DNA of 63,876 bases, the filler included, from Saprolegnia diclina VS20 (taxonomy: Eukaryota), in assembly GCF_000281045.1 (NCBI RefSeq). It is 20 parts of 16 records of this genome, joined end to end, with 100 filler letters (N's around TTAATTAATTAA, not from the genome) between each part and the next. Parts side by side here need not be neighbours in the genome. Positions count along the whole stretch, not along the records: positions 47,183 to 50,103 come from NW_008246317.1; positions 50,204 to 51,998 come from NW_008246318.1; positions 52,099 to 53,447 come from NW_008246319.1; positions 53,548 to 59,004 come from NW_008246320.1; positions 59,105 to 60,648 come from NW_008246323.1; 15 more parts are not named here. The stretch is one strand, 5' to 3'. Positions 48,168 to 59,527 of this stretch are shown piece after piece (within the stretch, counting starts at the first letter, position 1; each line of letters begins with the position of its first letter). Below the pieces are notes generated by a model. That model was given only the letters and a program-made list of their open reading frames with translations, did not search any database and was not told the origin of the DNA. The position numbers and the translations under genes were made by a program.

Positions 48168-49291
48168 GTCGATGAAGACGCCATCGAACACGGATGATTT
48201 TGTTGCTTACGAGGCTATTTGTGTTGCTACACTTCCAGTACCGCATCGTTCTCAGCACGAGAACCAGCGCCATCCGCGACGTTGACGGCAGCGCATCGAC
48301 AAGTTGCCTCTTGGCTGGGAGAGACGTACGACGTCCTTTGTAGCTTGATCTTGGGCGACTTGCGCGTCGGAGCGCAAACTCGCTCTGGCACACGCCTCGC
48401 TCTTGATCGTGAGGCGTCATTTCAGGCAGTGCCTCAACGACCGAGTCTTTGTGGTAGCGCACTATTTAACAATAATATTATTTATATATTTAACAGAGCT
48501 CATACCGCACCATAGATGATGCTGGTGTGCTGATCTCGCAGCGGGTCTTACCGGTAGGCGAGATGCACGATGTTTGACATTTGCTGACGGAATTACAATG
48601 ACGTTAGCATAGTCTAGAGACGACGTTGGCTTTGGTATGAACTTCACAGCTCGGAGCAAACTATAGAGATCGAATGTGGTCCACCATCTACTCAAAGCGC
48701 GCAACGTGTTGCTCAAAGCATTAACCCTTAGCGACGCTGACGTTTATACACGGCGTTGCGTTGGAGACAAATGAGGCTGTTGGCGGAGCATACACTGGTC
48801 TAACGATGTGTCTCTGCGCGTTAACAATGCTGATAATTAACCACCTACTTTTGCAGCACAGCGTATGGTGGCGCCACGTCATCATGCTTCTCACCAACCG
48901 CTCGAGAGTCGGCAGTTTGTTGCGCTCCGCGATCAGCTGTGGTTCTTGCACGTTCAGGTGTTGCCCATCGATCCCAAACGCGCCCCATTTGTGAACAGCA
49001 TACTGCCAGGGGGTACGGACAAATTCATTCGACGCGTTCGGTCGACGCACTGATCGTCGCCACGATTGTCGTTAGCATCTGAAAACGCTACGAATTGCAA
49101 ATTTGTCATTGTTCAAGGTTGAAAGGTGGTCATTAGAGTGATTTTGCAAGCGTGAATTTCATGAATGGAGCTAGAAGTCACATGTCGCATGCGCCCGTCG
49201 GATGAATTCCACCGAAAAAATGTACGATGGGACCCCCTCAATCCTGAACCGTTTTTCCGGGTCGCCACTCATTTTTTTACTTGCTCTGAGT

Positions 49292-50103
49292 ATGAGCGAG
49301 GAGGCTCCACAGTCGACGAAGAAGGCGTTTCGCTTCACCGTGGCCTCGGACGTGGATCTCCTCAAAGAAGTCATGTTTGTGAGCCCATACGATTGCCAGT
49401 ACGGTCAGGTCGCAAAGCGCTGGGAAGAGGTCGCCGAGCACATGCGTGTGATCTATGGTGACCTCGTCACGGTCACCGGCGCTTTGACGACCTTATGACG
49501 GCCTTCAAGAACGACAGCGTTCAACGCTTACTCGGACCGAGCTCATGCGCTTATTGAATTCGGCCTCAGCCTCATCAAGGTTGGCGCGTTTGAAGCCCGA
49601 CACAATCACATCATTGATCCCGTAGGCGGGATCTCCGTAGATAACGTATCGGGTGTCGCCTACACGTAGCTTGTTTTGGAGCTTCTCGACAAGCTTGCTC
49701 TGTGCTAGTAAGTAGGCGTCATGGCGAGAGCCAGGCTCGGGTCCATGAAGGTGCACGATAATGCCATCGGGGGCCGTCACAGCTTGATACTTCAGTGCAT
49801 GCTTTCGCTACGGTAGGCGACATGTTAGCGCCTTGCTATAAAATCGTGTAGATACCTTGTGTCCGTTGTATACGGCCCTCTGTACTGCCCGTCCTGGGCG
49901 GCAAATGCCACGCACAGTGCCATCAATGAAGCCGATGCAAGTTGTAAGGGGAGCCCCTTGAGCATGGATAGCGGCCGAACAGTGTTGCATCCAGTCGGCG
50001 TCAAGTCGAGCTTCGTCCCACTCGAGCAAGTGATGGAAGCAGTCGTACACGTGCATCATTACGTGGTTGCTGATCGCGGACAAGGCCTCGCGGCTGCGTC
50101 CAA
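49292..50103. mobile_element. PIF/Harbinger transposon remnant: Myb/SANT-like ORF1 (+, from 49292) convergent with DDE transposase (-, 50103-49505)
   Basis: Transposase CIGFIDGT..YNGHK|RKHALKYQAVTAPDG..GSRHD..IYGDPAY..FNKRMSSVRVSVE (intron 49808-49855). ORF1 FRFT..DVDLLKEV..PY..KRWEEVA. Confidence 0.88.
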
Positions 50104-50203
50104 NNNNNNNNNNNNNNNNNNNNNNNNNNNNNNNNNNNNNNNNNNNNTTAATTAATTAANNNNNNNNNNNNNNNNNNNNNNNNNNNNNNNNNNNNNNNNN
50201 NNN

Positions 50204-51998
50204 CATGCGGGTCTTGAGCGGCAGCGCCTTGTTGCTCTGCGAAAAGTTGAACGCCATCGTTGTCTTGTTGAGATTGAAAGTTGGAAAATGGAGATCGAGA
50301 GAGCTCATCAATGATCTATATTTACGAAAAAGCTGTTTCACAATTCCTTGCCGTAATAGACTGGCAAAGAATGCGAGCTGTTCGACGGGCAATTACCAAA
50401 GTTTGTGATCGCACATCGAACAGCATATCGAAACCTGATCGAACTGGTGTATATCAAGTCTATTTAAGATACTTGCCTCGTATTGGTCGACTCTGCGGTC
50501 AGCACGACCAGCGATTGGTCCATCGACGACCAACGTTTTGCCGGCTGCTGGGCTGTGAAACTGACGGTCTATGAACATCTGTTTACCATGGCAACGGAAG
50601 TTCAGCAACATGCAGAGGTGGAAGCTGTCGACCACGTGCTCCAACATTCCGGTCGGCTCCTACAGTGTACAAGTTCGCCAAGTGCTATTGCGATTCGTTA
50701 CGCATCGACCTTTTTAACCACTTGTGAATGGTACGAACCCATGAGTTTGCCCATGGAATATCAACGTGGTGACTCTGTATTCGTCGGATCTATCGGTGCA
50801 TGCAGACTGTAGTGCGTATGTGATCACCGAGATGGCGTCGAGCGTCGAGAGCGTGCCACGTCATATCGTCTCAAAAAGAATCGTTGATGGACCAATCTTG
50901 TCATGGGGGCACATTTCTCGGCCGACTTGGGCACTACCGTCATGGCAAGATTTACCCATGTGGCGTCTGGCCTTTCTAATATGAAGTCTCGTCAAGCTAC
51001 TCGACTGACCCTTCTCTTTATCCACAACTGCCGCACAGTTTAATCACGGTGGGGCTCGTTTGGATGGACCACCCGCTACGCTGTGCGCTTTCGTGGGTGC
51101 GAGCAAGCCCCGTGTTTCTTAACCTACTGGGATGCAGGTACACCGAGTGCTCACTTGATGTCGATGACGTAGTAGTCGTGGACGCGTCACAAACCAAATT
51201 GTCTGATGACTCTGGAAGGCGCATGATGGTCAACACAGGCCGAAGTAGTCTTGTTTTGGCCTCTCGTTCGGGTTATACTTGGTTTCGTTTCGGCGGTGAG
51301 GCGCTGCGAGCCTGGCTGATCTTGATAGTGAAGGCTCACGGCTAATGGCGGCTCGGCGTGGTGGTGGCTGATCTTGAGCACTGTGCTCAGTGCTCATACC
51401 TGCCCGAAGCTCTTCTGACGTTGATTCGACGGCCCTTGAGCGCTCATCTCCTTTTGGCTCGCTTGGGCGCCAGTATCTGGTTGCAGCGAGGTCGTCCTCG
51501 GGCACGTCGCTTGGTCCAATGGCGCAGATCGATGTGACGATGGCGTCAATTGGCGAGGGCTCCTTCCACCTCAGCGTGGACACCATCGCTCAGGAGGCTG
51601 GTTTCACCAGAGGTCTATAAACAGATGTTTATAGACCGTCAGTTTCACAGCTCAACAGCGGGCAAAACGTTGGTCGTCGATGGACCAATCGCTGGTCGTG
51701 CTGACCTCAGAGTCGGCCAATACGAGGCAAGTATCTTAAATAGACTTGATATGGGGCAGTGCGATCAGGTTTCGATATGCGGTTCGACGTGCGATCACAA
51801 ACTTTGGTAATTGGCCGTCGAACAACTCGCATTCTTTGCCAGTCTATTATGGTAAGGAATTGTGAAACAGGTTTTTCATAAATATAGATCATTGGTGAGC
51901 TCCCTCGATCTCCATTTTCCAACTTTCAATCTCAACAAGACAACGATGGCGTTCAACTTTTCGCAGAGCAACAAGGCGCTGCCGCTCAAGACCCGCAT
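50204..51998. repeat. Inverted duplication (about 50204-50585 / 51618-51998) holding promoters and starts of two divergent paralogs
   Basis: Arms are reverse complements with scattered substitutions. ATGs at 50257 (-) and 51946 (+) both read MAFNFSQSNKALPLKTR. INR/FPR upstream of each. Confidence 0.85.
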
Positions 51999-52098
51999 NN
52001 NNNNNNNNNNNNNNNNNNNNNNNNNNNNNNNNNNNNNNNNNNTTAATTAATTAANNNNNNNNNNNNNNNNNNNNNNNNNNNNNNNNNNNNNNNNNNNN

Positions 52099-53447
52099 GA
52101 TCGGCATGCCCAGTATTCGATTTCAAAGGATATAAAGTCTCAATAGAGCAATGCCAGTAACTCCTAAGGTCCCAATTAAACGGCGATACGCCGGATTTTT
52201 TCCCTCTCTTTTTCTATGCGGCGCGCCAGTAAATTCAACACTCCCGCACTACTGGCGAATTGCCAAAGTTTTAGAGTTTGATTATCCGTCTCGAGCGCCA
52301 TGCGATATTCTAGTGTGCTATTTCAGTATGGCATTGCGCACCCTCCGAGTCCCAACAAAGAAGGCTTTTCACAGCCATGCATCAGTTGAGGCCCGTTCGA
52401 CGTACTGCACGCGCCCCCCTGACTTCCTCAAGCACTCAACAATCAAGGTGCTACCCATCCTTCGTTGTCGCCACTTATGTGCGTACAATTAGCAAAGCCG
52501 TTCATGTATCAATTGAAAACGTAGTACAATGTAGAAATTGCTAAACTACTCGTCATCGACAGAGTACTCGTCGGCATCGTCGCTGCACTCGACTTCGCTG
52601 TTGTCCGATGTTGTGAGATCGATATGCGCAGGTTTCTGGGCATTCTCGTCGTCGTCGCTAGTCGTGAGATCGACACACCACGTCACGCGCGTTCTCGCCA
52701 AGCCCAACGCGGCGGTTAAGTACTTTGACAATGGATATTGGCGCAACCTCACGCCAGCCGCGATCCCAAAGAGCACGACCTTGAGTCGCATCCGCAAGGT
52801 CATTCCCGCCATCGCGTAGACATTATTGTCATCCCGTATGTCCAGATCGCCCGTCATCTTTGATCTGAAAGACTTTTACTGCAAGCAATATATATTTTGA
52901 AGCGCTGAGTTTAGTAAGCTTAGTCGTTGTGAAGCTAGTACAATGGGTCATGACTAAGAACTGCTCTAGGGCCAAACACAAACGTCCGACTGGTCCGTCG
53001 AGAAGTCCGTATCGGCAGCACAACCACCATTGACCGCACCGACGGCAGTACGAGTAGCTGCGCCACTGCCGAGCAGCGCCGGTTACGTCGTCGATAGCCG
53101 CGTTCCTTGACGCCCATTGAATCGAGCTGGGCTGTCGCTGGCGGACGTAGCGTTAAAGAGGAGGCGCCGCGATCATGGCTTTAGCGAGTCGTGCGTAGTG
53201 CCGCTGAGATTCTTTTAGCGACGAGCTGCCGCTCTCCTCCTATCCTGGCGAGTGTCCTGGTGCCAACTTGCTCGCGCGTGTTGGTGGATCGCCGAAAATA
53301 CACATGGGCACGTGCAAAAGCTCATGTGTCAGACCGGACGATTTATAAAGTTTTGGCGTATCGCCGTTTAATTGGGACCTTAGGAGTTACTGGCATTGCT
53401 CTATTGAGACTTTATATCCTTTGAAATCGAATACTGGGCATGCCGAT
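52099..53447. mobile_element. Probable non-autonomous long-TIR DNA transposon
   Basis: 52100-52192 is the exact reverse complement of 53355-53447, and both run into linkers. The interior holds a decayed minus-strand ORF. Confidence 0.55.
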
Positions 53448-53547
53448 NNNNNNNNNNNNNNNNNNNNNNNNNNNNNNNNNNNNNNNNNNNNTTAATTAAT
53501 TAANNNNNNNNNNNNNNNNNNNNNNNNNNNNNNNNNNNNNNNNNNNN

Positions 53548-56500
53548 TGTTGTGTCTGGACGATTGGGGCAACCCATGCTCCAACCAACGCAAGCCAGGA
53601 CACGACCAGGTTGGTCGTGGATGGCTGGAGAAGCCGTTAGGGGAAGGGGCGACTAGTTGGAAGATATAACTATCTCCAACTAGATATCACATACTTAGAA
53701 CCATAGGTTAGGAGCGACGCTTCAGACCAGGCGCCTCTTCGAGTGCCCAAGCCGAAGCTCGCTTTGTCAGCTTCACTTCATCTTTTGCTCTGCGGAGTAA
53801 CTCAATACAACTGCCTGCTTTCCGGGAGACGGCTCTCCCCTCGCACTGTGTTTGAGTTCCACCGCGGGCGTCACCACAAAGTATACTTTAGTCTCGAACG
53901 ACTGCAGTAAAAGATGACCAAGACGAGCTCGGGACCGAAGACCGATTTGCCGGCAACAACGATCTCAGTTACCTCGCTCGATCATCCGATCCTCAAGTCC
54001 TTTGGTCAAGCGGAACTCGTCCGCTGGAAGAAGGAATATGACGCGTATCGCAAAGTGCTCGCGGCCAAGTGCAAGTCCAAGGGTCAGCGGCTCGCCGACC
54101 ACATCGTGTCGTGGAAGAACTGCTGCGATGGAGACCTGCTCAGGACGGCCTGCGAGTTCGACTGGCGTATCGACCACGTTACGATCACGGAGAAGGATCT
54201 GCAAGAGCGCCTTACGGCGATCATGGAGAAGACCTCCTCCAAGACCACGGAATCGGTGGACGCGATCAACAAGTGTTTCCGGACGTTGCGCATGCCGAAG
54301 ATGACGGAAGACGTTACGTCGGTGAGACGCGACTACATGTGCCAAGTCCGCAAGATCATCGACGAGCGGGCCCTTGGAGAGGCGCTCAAGGTGAAGGCTA
54401 CTCGCCGGATTGTGATCAAGGCCATCACGGAGAAGATCGAACCGGCGTGGGTGAAGAACGCGGTGTCGCGACGTCTCGAAGCGAACCCGGCGGACTCACT
54501 CCTGGACTTTGCCGACGTACTCTTGTCCAAGCTTGAAGCCTACCAAGATTTCAGGGCGGGACAAGAAATCAACGACATAGCGACCGGGAAGCGCAAGCAG
54601 CCCGACGCTCAACCCGGTGGTGGTGATGGGCCGCCGTCAAAGCAGCCCAAACCAAAGCCCGGGGCAGGCAAGGACCCGATCAAGCCCAAGCCTCCAGGCC
54701 ATGATGGAGCTCGGGACCCTGCCAAGAAGCAAGTGCAGCCTGGCGGCTCTCGCAGACAATGCTGGGCGTGCAAGGCCACTGATCACGAGCTTTGGACGTG
54801 TCCGGTTGTAACGGATCCAGACGAACGTGAGGCGGTGGCGGGCAAGTTCCGCAATCAGATGCGGCGGGACATCCGTCGGACCAGGCTACAGCTGGCCAAG
54901 GCGAAAGCTAAGGCGCCTGCTGCACCTACCAAGATCAGCAGGGCGGCCAAGCCTCGGACCAACCCGCTCGACATGTCTACGCATTGGATCACGCTTTGCA
55001 GCAAGCTACGGGTGCCCTACTGCCCGGACACGGGAGCGGATGAGAACATCATCCCACGCTCAATGATCGACAAGTTGAAGCAGCTGCAGCCAGACCTCAA
55101 GGTGGTTCCACTCGACCCACCAATGCGGGGAATCGGTTGCAACGAAGCAGGCTTCGTGGCCAAGGACTGTGCGCAGATCAAGTTGCAGCTACACACTGCA
55201 GCCGGGCCTGTCAACATCCCAGGACCGCGGACCTGCTACGTGGTTGACGACGGCGACGAATTTTTGCTGTCGAACGCTACGCTCAAGTCCATCGGGATCG
55301 ACATTGACCGTCTACTTGAACAGCTGGCTGTACGTCAGTTTGATGAGGACGGTGACGATCTCGAGCCTGAAGAAGATGATTGGATCGGGCGGCCTACCAC
55401 GCGGCGTGCCAGCCTCTCGTCTGTGCAGCCCGTGCGGCAACGTCTCGATCTGGCAGCAATGACGCCCACATCGGACCCGTCCTCGCAACCGATATCGGGG
55501 TCCCCGGCAAGTCCGGGGTCCGGACCTTCGGCTCTGGGTGGATCTGACAAGGCGCCAACCTCAACTGCCGCCCCTGGGACGCGGCGACATGCGACATCTG
55601 ATAGCGTAACAGACGCTACCAACCCACGACGTTTGGACCCAGAACTCGTGGCTGCGCTCAAGCTCTGCTTGGATGACGCCACAGCTCATGGTCTGCCTCA
55701 ACAATATCGCAACACGTTATGGCGCATCGTCACGAAGCACGACATCTGGCGCCTACAGTTTGACCCGGTGGATCCCCCCGCCAAGGTGCCGCCGATGGAC
55801 GTGCAACCCAAGCCAGATTTCAAGCCGACTCGGTGCAAGGGGCGCAAGCTCAGCCCGCTTGAGGTCCGTTTCCTCAACCTTTACTGTGGATTGCTGCTGG
55901 ACGCCGACGTGCTCTACGGCAATCCGAACTCCAAGTGGTGCAGCGCGGTCCACCCCATCTTGAAAGCGGAAGGACGGGCGCAGCTCCACCGGGCGGACGA
56001 ATGGACGGACGACGAAGTGCTGTCGTACTTCCGGCTGACAATCGACTACCGGATGGTCAACTCCCAGACGGTACCAGCTGGTGGCACGATGCCCTTCCAG
56101 TCCACGATGGTGGCCAATCTGGCTGGCATGAACTTCATGGCGACGTTCGACCAACCCAAGTGCTTCTGGCAATACCCAGCGAGCACGAGGACGCAGCAGA
56201 TGCTCTCGATCATGGTCAACGGCCGTGTGCTCTCGTCCAAGCGCGTGACGCAAGGTCATGTCGACAGTGCGCTCTACGTGCAAGCGACGCAAGAGTCATG
56301 CTACGCTGATCTACTGTACAAGCACCTTCTCATTTGGATTGACGACCTACTGCTGTACGCCAAGACGATTGAAGAGTTCCTCACGGTACTCGAGCAGTTC
56401 TTGGCTACTGTGGCCAAGTTTGGTTTCAAGCTCTCGCCTACAAAGACCAAGCTTTTCCGCACGGAGGTCAAGTGGTGCGGACGGATTTTGAACGGAGACG

Positions 56501-59004
56501 GGGTCAAACACGATCCCGACCGTGTCAAGTCACTATGTGACATCCCGTACCCGACCAACGCTGGCGAGCTACAGCAGTTCACGTGTGCCACGAACTGGAT
56601 GCGCGAGGCGATGATTGACTACGCGCGGATCGTGCACCCACTGCAACAACGCCTAACGGTGGCTCTTGCTGGTACTGGTCGGAAAAATACCACTGCCAAG
56701 ACGATCGACATCACTCTCTCAGACACTGAGAAGGCAGCATTCGACGCCGTTAAACGCGCGCTGCTCTCTATGGTTCTGCTGGCGCATCCGAAAGCGGGGG
56801 CTACGCTCTGCTTGATATGCGATGCGTCGGACACGGGGTGGTCCATCATCATCACGCAAGTTGTCGACTACGACGAGGACAAGCCGGTCCAGGAGCAGCT
56901 TCATGAGCTCCTGGTCTGTCTCTCGGGCATGTTTGTCGGCGCTCAACTCAACTGGTCGGTGATCGAGAAGGAAGCGTACCCGATCGTACGCGCCTGCCTC
57001 CAGTTGGACTACTTGCTTTTGCGACCTCAAGGTTTCCGTCTGTTTTGCGACCACAAGAACTTGATCCACATCTTTGCGCCGGACCAAGAATGGAAGGCGT
57101 ATACGCGTGGCAAGATGGCTCGTTGGGCCGGCATCATTGGCTCTTTCCGCTATGTCATTGAACACATCGATGGTGTACACAATCTGTGGGCAGACATGAT
57201 GAGCCGGTGGGGACAACAGCGCTTAGCCGACGCGCGCCGCCACAAGATTTTGGCGCGCCGCAGCGCTGTCGATACCCGTTCCACCAAACGACGACGGACG
57301 CATGAGACGCAATTCAGCCCACAAGCCCTACGTCCTCTGGATGCGGATGGGTTTGTGTGGCCGACTCTACAAGAGATACGGCAGAACCAGGAGGACCTCG
57401 GGCGGGGCCTCCGACCAGCCAAGGCTACACTCGTCAACGACGTCTGGTGCCTGGATGGTCGACTTTGGATGCCCGAGGGTGCCGTGGAGCTTCTGCAACG
57501 GATTCTCGTCATTGGCCACTGTGGAAGCATGGGCCATCGTGGTGTCACGGCGCTCTACAACGTGGTGCGGAACATGTTCTTCGTGACGAATTTGAAGGCT
57601 CTTTGCCAAGAGTTCGTCTCGAAATGTCTCCTCTGCAGCCATGTCAAAGGCCCGCGCATCATTCAACGACCCTACGCTCCACTTTGGCACGCACGACGAC
57701 GCAACGAAGGACTTCACTTTGATTTCCTTTTTCTGGACAAGGCGGCCAACGGCTTCAACTATGTGTTGCTGCTCAAGGACGACCTCACGCACTTCTGCGA
57801 ACTCGTGCCGTGCGTGAGTCCTACCAGCGAAGTGTGCGCGACGGCTATTATGGACTGGGCCAAGCGCTTTGGTATGCCATTGACATGGATCTCCGACCAA
57901 GGCTCGCATTTCAAAAACGAGCTCATGGCGATCTTGGCGACCAAGTGCAAGGCACGACACGACTTTGTACTGGCCTACTGCCCGTGGCGCAATGGCACGA
58001 TCGAGAGACTCAACCGAGATCTCCTCCAAGTGCTCCGCGTCCTCCTCCGCGAGTATCGCCTCGCGTTGGATCAGTGGGACTACCTACTACCAGTTGTCCA
58101 AGCCAACCTCAACCATACGGCGCTTCCGTCGCTGGGCAACAAGTCGCCGACCGAAGTTTTCACGCTCTTGGAGCCGACAACGCCACTCGACGTGATACTC
58201 GGTCCCGACCGGAAGACCAACGACAAGTGCGATTGGACGCAAGGCAACATCCCGACACTCGTGGCCAACCTACGGACCAGCTTGCATGAGATGCACCGCC
58301 AGATCCTGGATATCAACCGGGAGCGGGAAGCTCGGAAGCTGCTCAGCGACAAGAAAGTCCAGGTACTCAACGCCACGGCCGGTGATTTTGTTCTGTGGTC
58401 CCGCGTCGACGCAATCAAGCAACCCAAGCTCTCAGTCACTTGGCTGGGCCCGTATCGGGTGACTCAAGTCGATGCGTTCTCGGTCGAGATCGAGCATTTG
58501 TTGACGAAGGACCGCCGCAAGGCGCACTCCTCACGGATCAAGTACTACTCGGACTCTGACCTCAACGTCACTGAAGAGATTTTGGACCACGTCTCTGAAC
58601 AAGGCGTGCTCCTCAAGGTGGCGGCGATCGATGCACATCGCCATAACAAAGCCGCCAAGACCTCTGAACTCCACGTACAATGGGAAGGCCTTGAGGCTAT
58701 TGAAGCTTCATGGGAACCATTCGCAAGTATGCTGGAACAGTGCCCGGACCTCGTGTCTCAGTATGTCGATTCCCTGGTCGACGGGCCGGCTCGACGGAGA
58801 CTGGCACGAATGGTAAATGCATAATATATACTGCATCTTTCATACCCTTCCATGTTTTACATGTATATTACCCAGCTTACTATGTCTTGGAGACATGGCT
58901 TGGGGGGTGTGTTGTGTCTGGACGATTGGGGCAACCCATGCTCCAACCAACGCAAGCCAGGACACGACCAGGTTGGTCGTGGATGGCTGGAGAAGCCGTT
59001 AGGG
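53548..59004 (+). mobile_element. Ty3/Gypsy chromodomain LTR retrotransposon, apparently intact and recent
   Basis: 5' LTR 53548 to about 53878 (TGTTGTG...CACCACA). PPT TTGGGGGG before the 3' LTR at 58910, which is identical to the 5' LTR over the 95 nt visible. Confidence 0.96.
53914..58824 (+). CDS. Single gag-pol polyprotein (1636 aa)
   Basis: Zn knuckle CWACKATDHELWTC, protease DTGA, RT (IDYR..N, FWQ, WIDD), RNase H (CDAS..EKEAY..CDHKNL..AD), integrase (GH..GHRG..CLLC, DF, SDQGSHF, NGTIER) and chromodomain (VQWEGLEAIEASWEP). Confidence 0.97.
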   Translation: MTKTSSGPKTDLPATTISVTSLDHPILKSFGQAELVRWKKEYDAYRKVLAAKCKSKGQRLADHIVSWKNCCDGDLLRTACEFDWRIDHVTITEKDLQERLTAIMEKTSSKTTESVDAINKCFRTLRMPKMTEDVTSVRRDYMCQVRKIIDERALGEALKVKATRRIVIKAITEKIEPAWVKNAVSRRLEANPADSLLDFADVLLSKLEAYQDFRAGQEINDIATGKRKQPDAQPGGGDGPPSKQPKPKPGAGKDPIKPKPPGHDGARDPAKKQVQPGGSRRQCWACKATDHELWTCPVVTDPDEREAVAGKFRNQMRRDIRRTRLQLAKAKAKAPAAPTKISRAAKPRTNPLDMSTHWITLCSKLRVPYCPDTGADENIIPRSMIDKLKQLQPDLKVVPLDPPMRGIGCNEAGFVAKDCAQIKLQLHTAAGPVNIPGPRTCYVVDDGDEFLLSNATLKSIGIDIDRLLEQLAVRQFDEDGDDLEPEEDDWIGRPTTRRASLSSVQPVRQRLDLAAMTPTSDPSSQPISGSPASPGSGPSALGGSDKAPTSTAAPGTRRHATSDSVTDATNPRRLDPELVAALKLCLDDATAHGLPQQYRNTLWRIVTKHDIWRLQFDPVDPPAKVPPMDVQPKPDFKPTRCKGRKLSPLEVRFLNLYCGLLLDADVLYGNPNSKWCSAVHPILKAEGRAQLHRADEWTDDEVLSYFRLTIDYRMVNSQTVPAGGTMPFQSTMVANLAGMNFMATFDQPKCFWQYPASTRTQQMLSIMVNGRVLSSKRVTQGHVDSALYVQATQESCYADLLYKHLLIWIDDLLLYAKTIEEFLTVLEQFLATVAKFGFKLSPTKTKLFRTEVKWCGRILNGDGVKHDPDRVKSLCDIPYPTNAGELQQFTCATNWMREAMIDYARIVHPLQQRLTVALAGTGRKNTTAKTIDITLSDTEKAAFDAVKRALLSMVLLAHPKAGATLCLICDASDTGWSIIITQVVDYDEDKPVQEQLHELLVCLSGMFVGAQLNWSVIEKEAYPIVRACLQLDYLLLRPQGFRLFCDHKNLIHIFAPDQEWKAYTRGKMARWAGIIGSFRYVIEHIDGVHNLWADMMSRWGQQRLADARRHKILARRSAVDTRSTKRRRTHETQFSPQALRPLDADGFVWPTLQEIRQNQEDLGRGLRPAKATLVNDVWCLDGRLWMPEGAVELLQRILVIGHCGSMGHRGVTALYNVVRNMFFVTNLKALCQEFVSKCLLCSHVKGPRIIQRPYAPLWHARRRNEGLHFDFLFLDKAANGFNYVLLLKDDLTHFCELVPCVSPTSEVCATAIMDWAKRFGMPLTWISDQGSHFKNELMAILATKCKARHDFVLAYCPWRNGTIERLNRDLLQVLRVLLREYRLALDQWDYLLPVVQANLNHTALPSLGNKSPTEVFTLLEPTTPLDVILGPDRKTNDKCDWTQGNIPTLVANLRTSLHEMHRQILDINREREARKLLSDKKVQVLNATAGDFVLWSRVDAIKQPKLSVTWLGPYRVTQVDAFSVEIEHLLTKDRRKAHSSRIKYYSDSDLNVTEEILDHVSEQGVLLKVAAIDAHRHNKAAKTSELHVQWEGLEAIEASWEPFASMLEQCPDLVSQYVDSLVDGPARRRLARMVNA

Positions 59005-59104
59005 NNNNNNNNNNNNNNNNNNNNNNNNNNNNNNNNNNNNNNNNNNNNTTAATTAATTAANNNNNNNNNNNNNNNNNNNNNNNNNNNNNNNNNNNNNNNN
59101 NNNN

Positions 59105-59527
59105 AATGGCTCTTTGCCCAAATCACGTCCAACCCTGCTATCAAATACGCAGTCCACGTACGTTGCCTTCCTGCTAAAGAGCACCTCGTGATTTGCCAGC
59201 AGATCAATCCACCGGCGCGCATCGACGACATCAACATTCTCCAGGTAAACAGACCCAATGCGATAGCGACAACACCATTCTAGGCGACGCTCGAGTCCAT
59301 GCGCAAGTGCGTCGAGGACCTCCCGATGCCGGTCGACTATGCGCTCATCGACGGCAAACGCATGCCAACACTCGACGTCGACGGCGAGACCGTCGTCAAA
59401 GGGGATGGGCGCGTCTACTCGATCGCAGCTGCCTCCGTCATTGCCAAGGTAGACTCGTCAATCTACGGCAGCCGCCGTTGACAATTGCTAGGTCACGCGA
59501 GACCGCCTTATGGTCGCCTACGACAAG
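59105..59527 (+). pseudogene. rnhB: Bacterial-type RNase HII gene fragment with spliceosomal introns
   Basis: Spliced IDDINILQ|ATLESM..DYALIDGK..VKGDGRVYSIAAASVIAK|VTRDRLMVAYDK. The expected downstream YGF..HKGY exon was not found in this contig. Confidence 0.75.
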
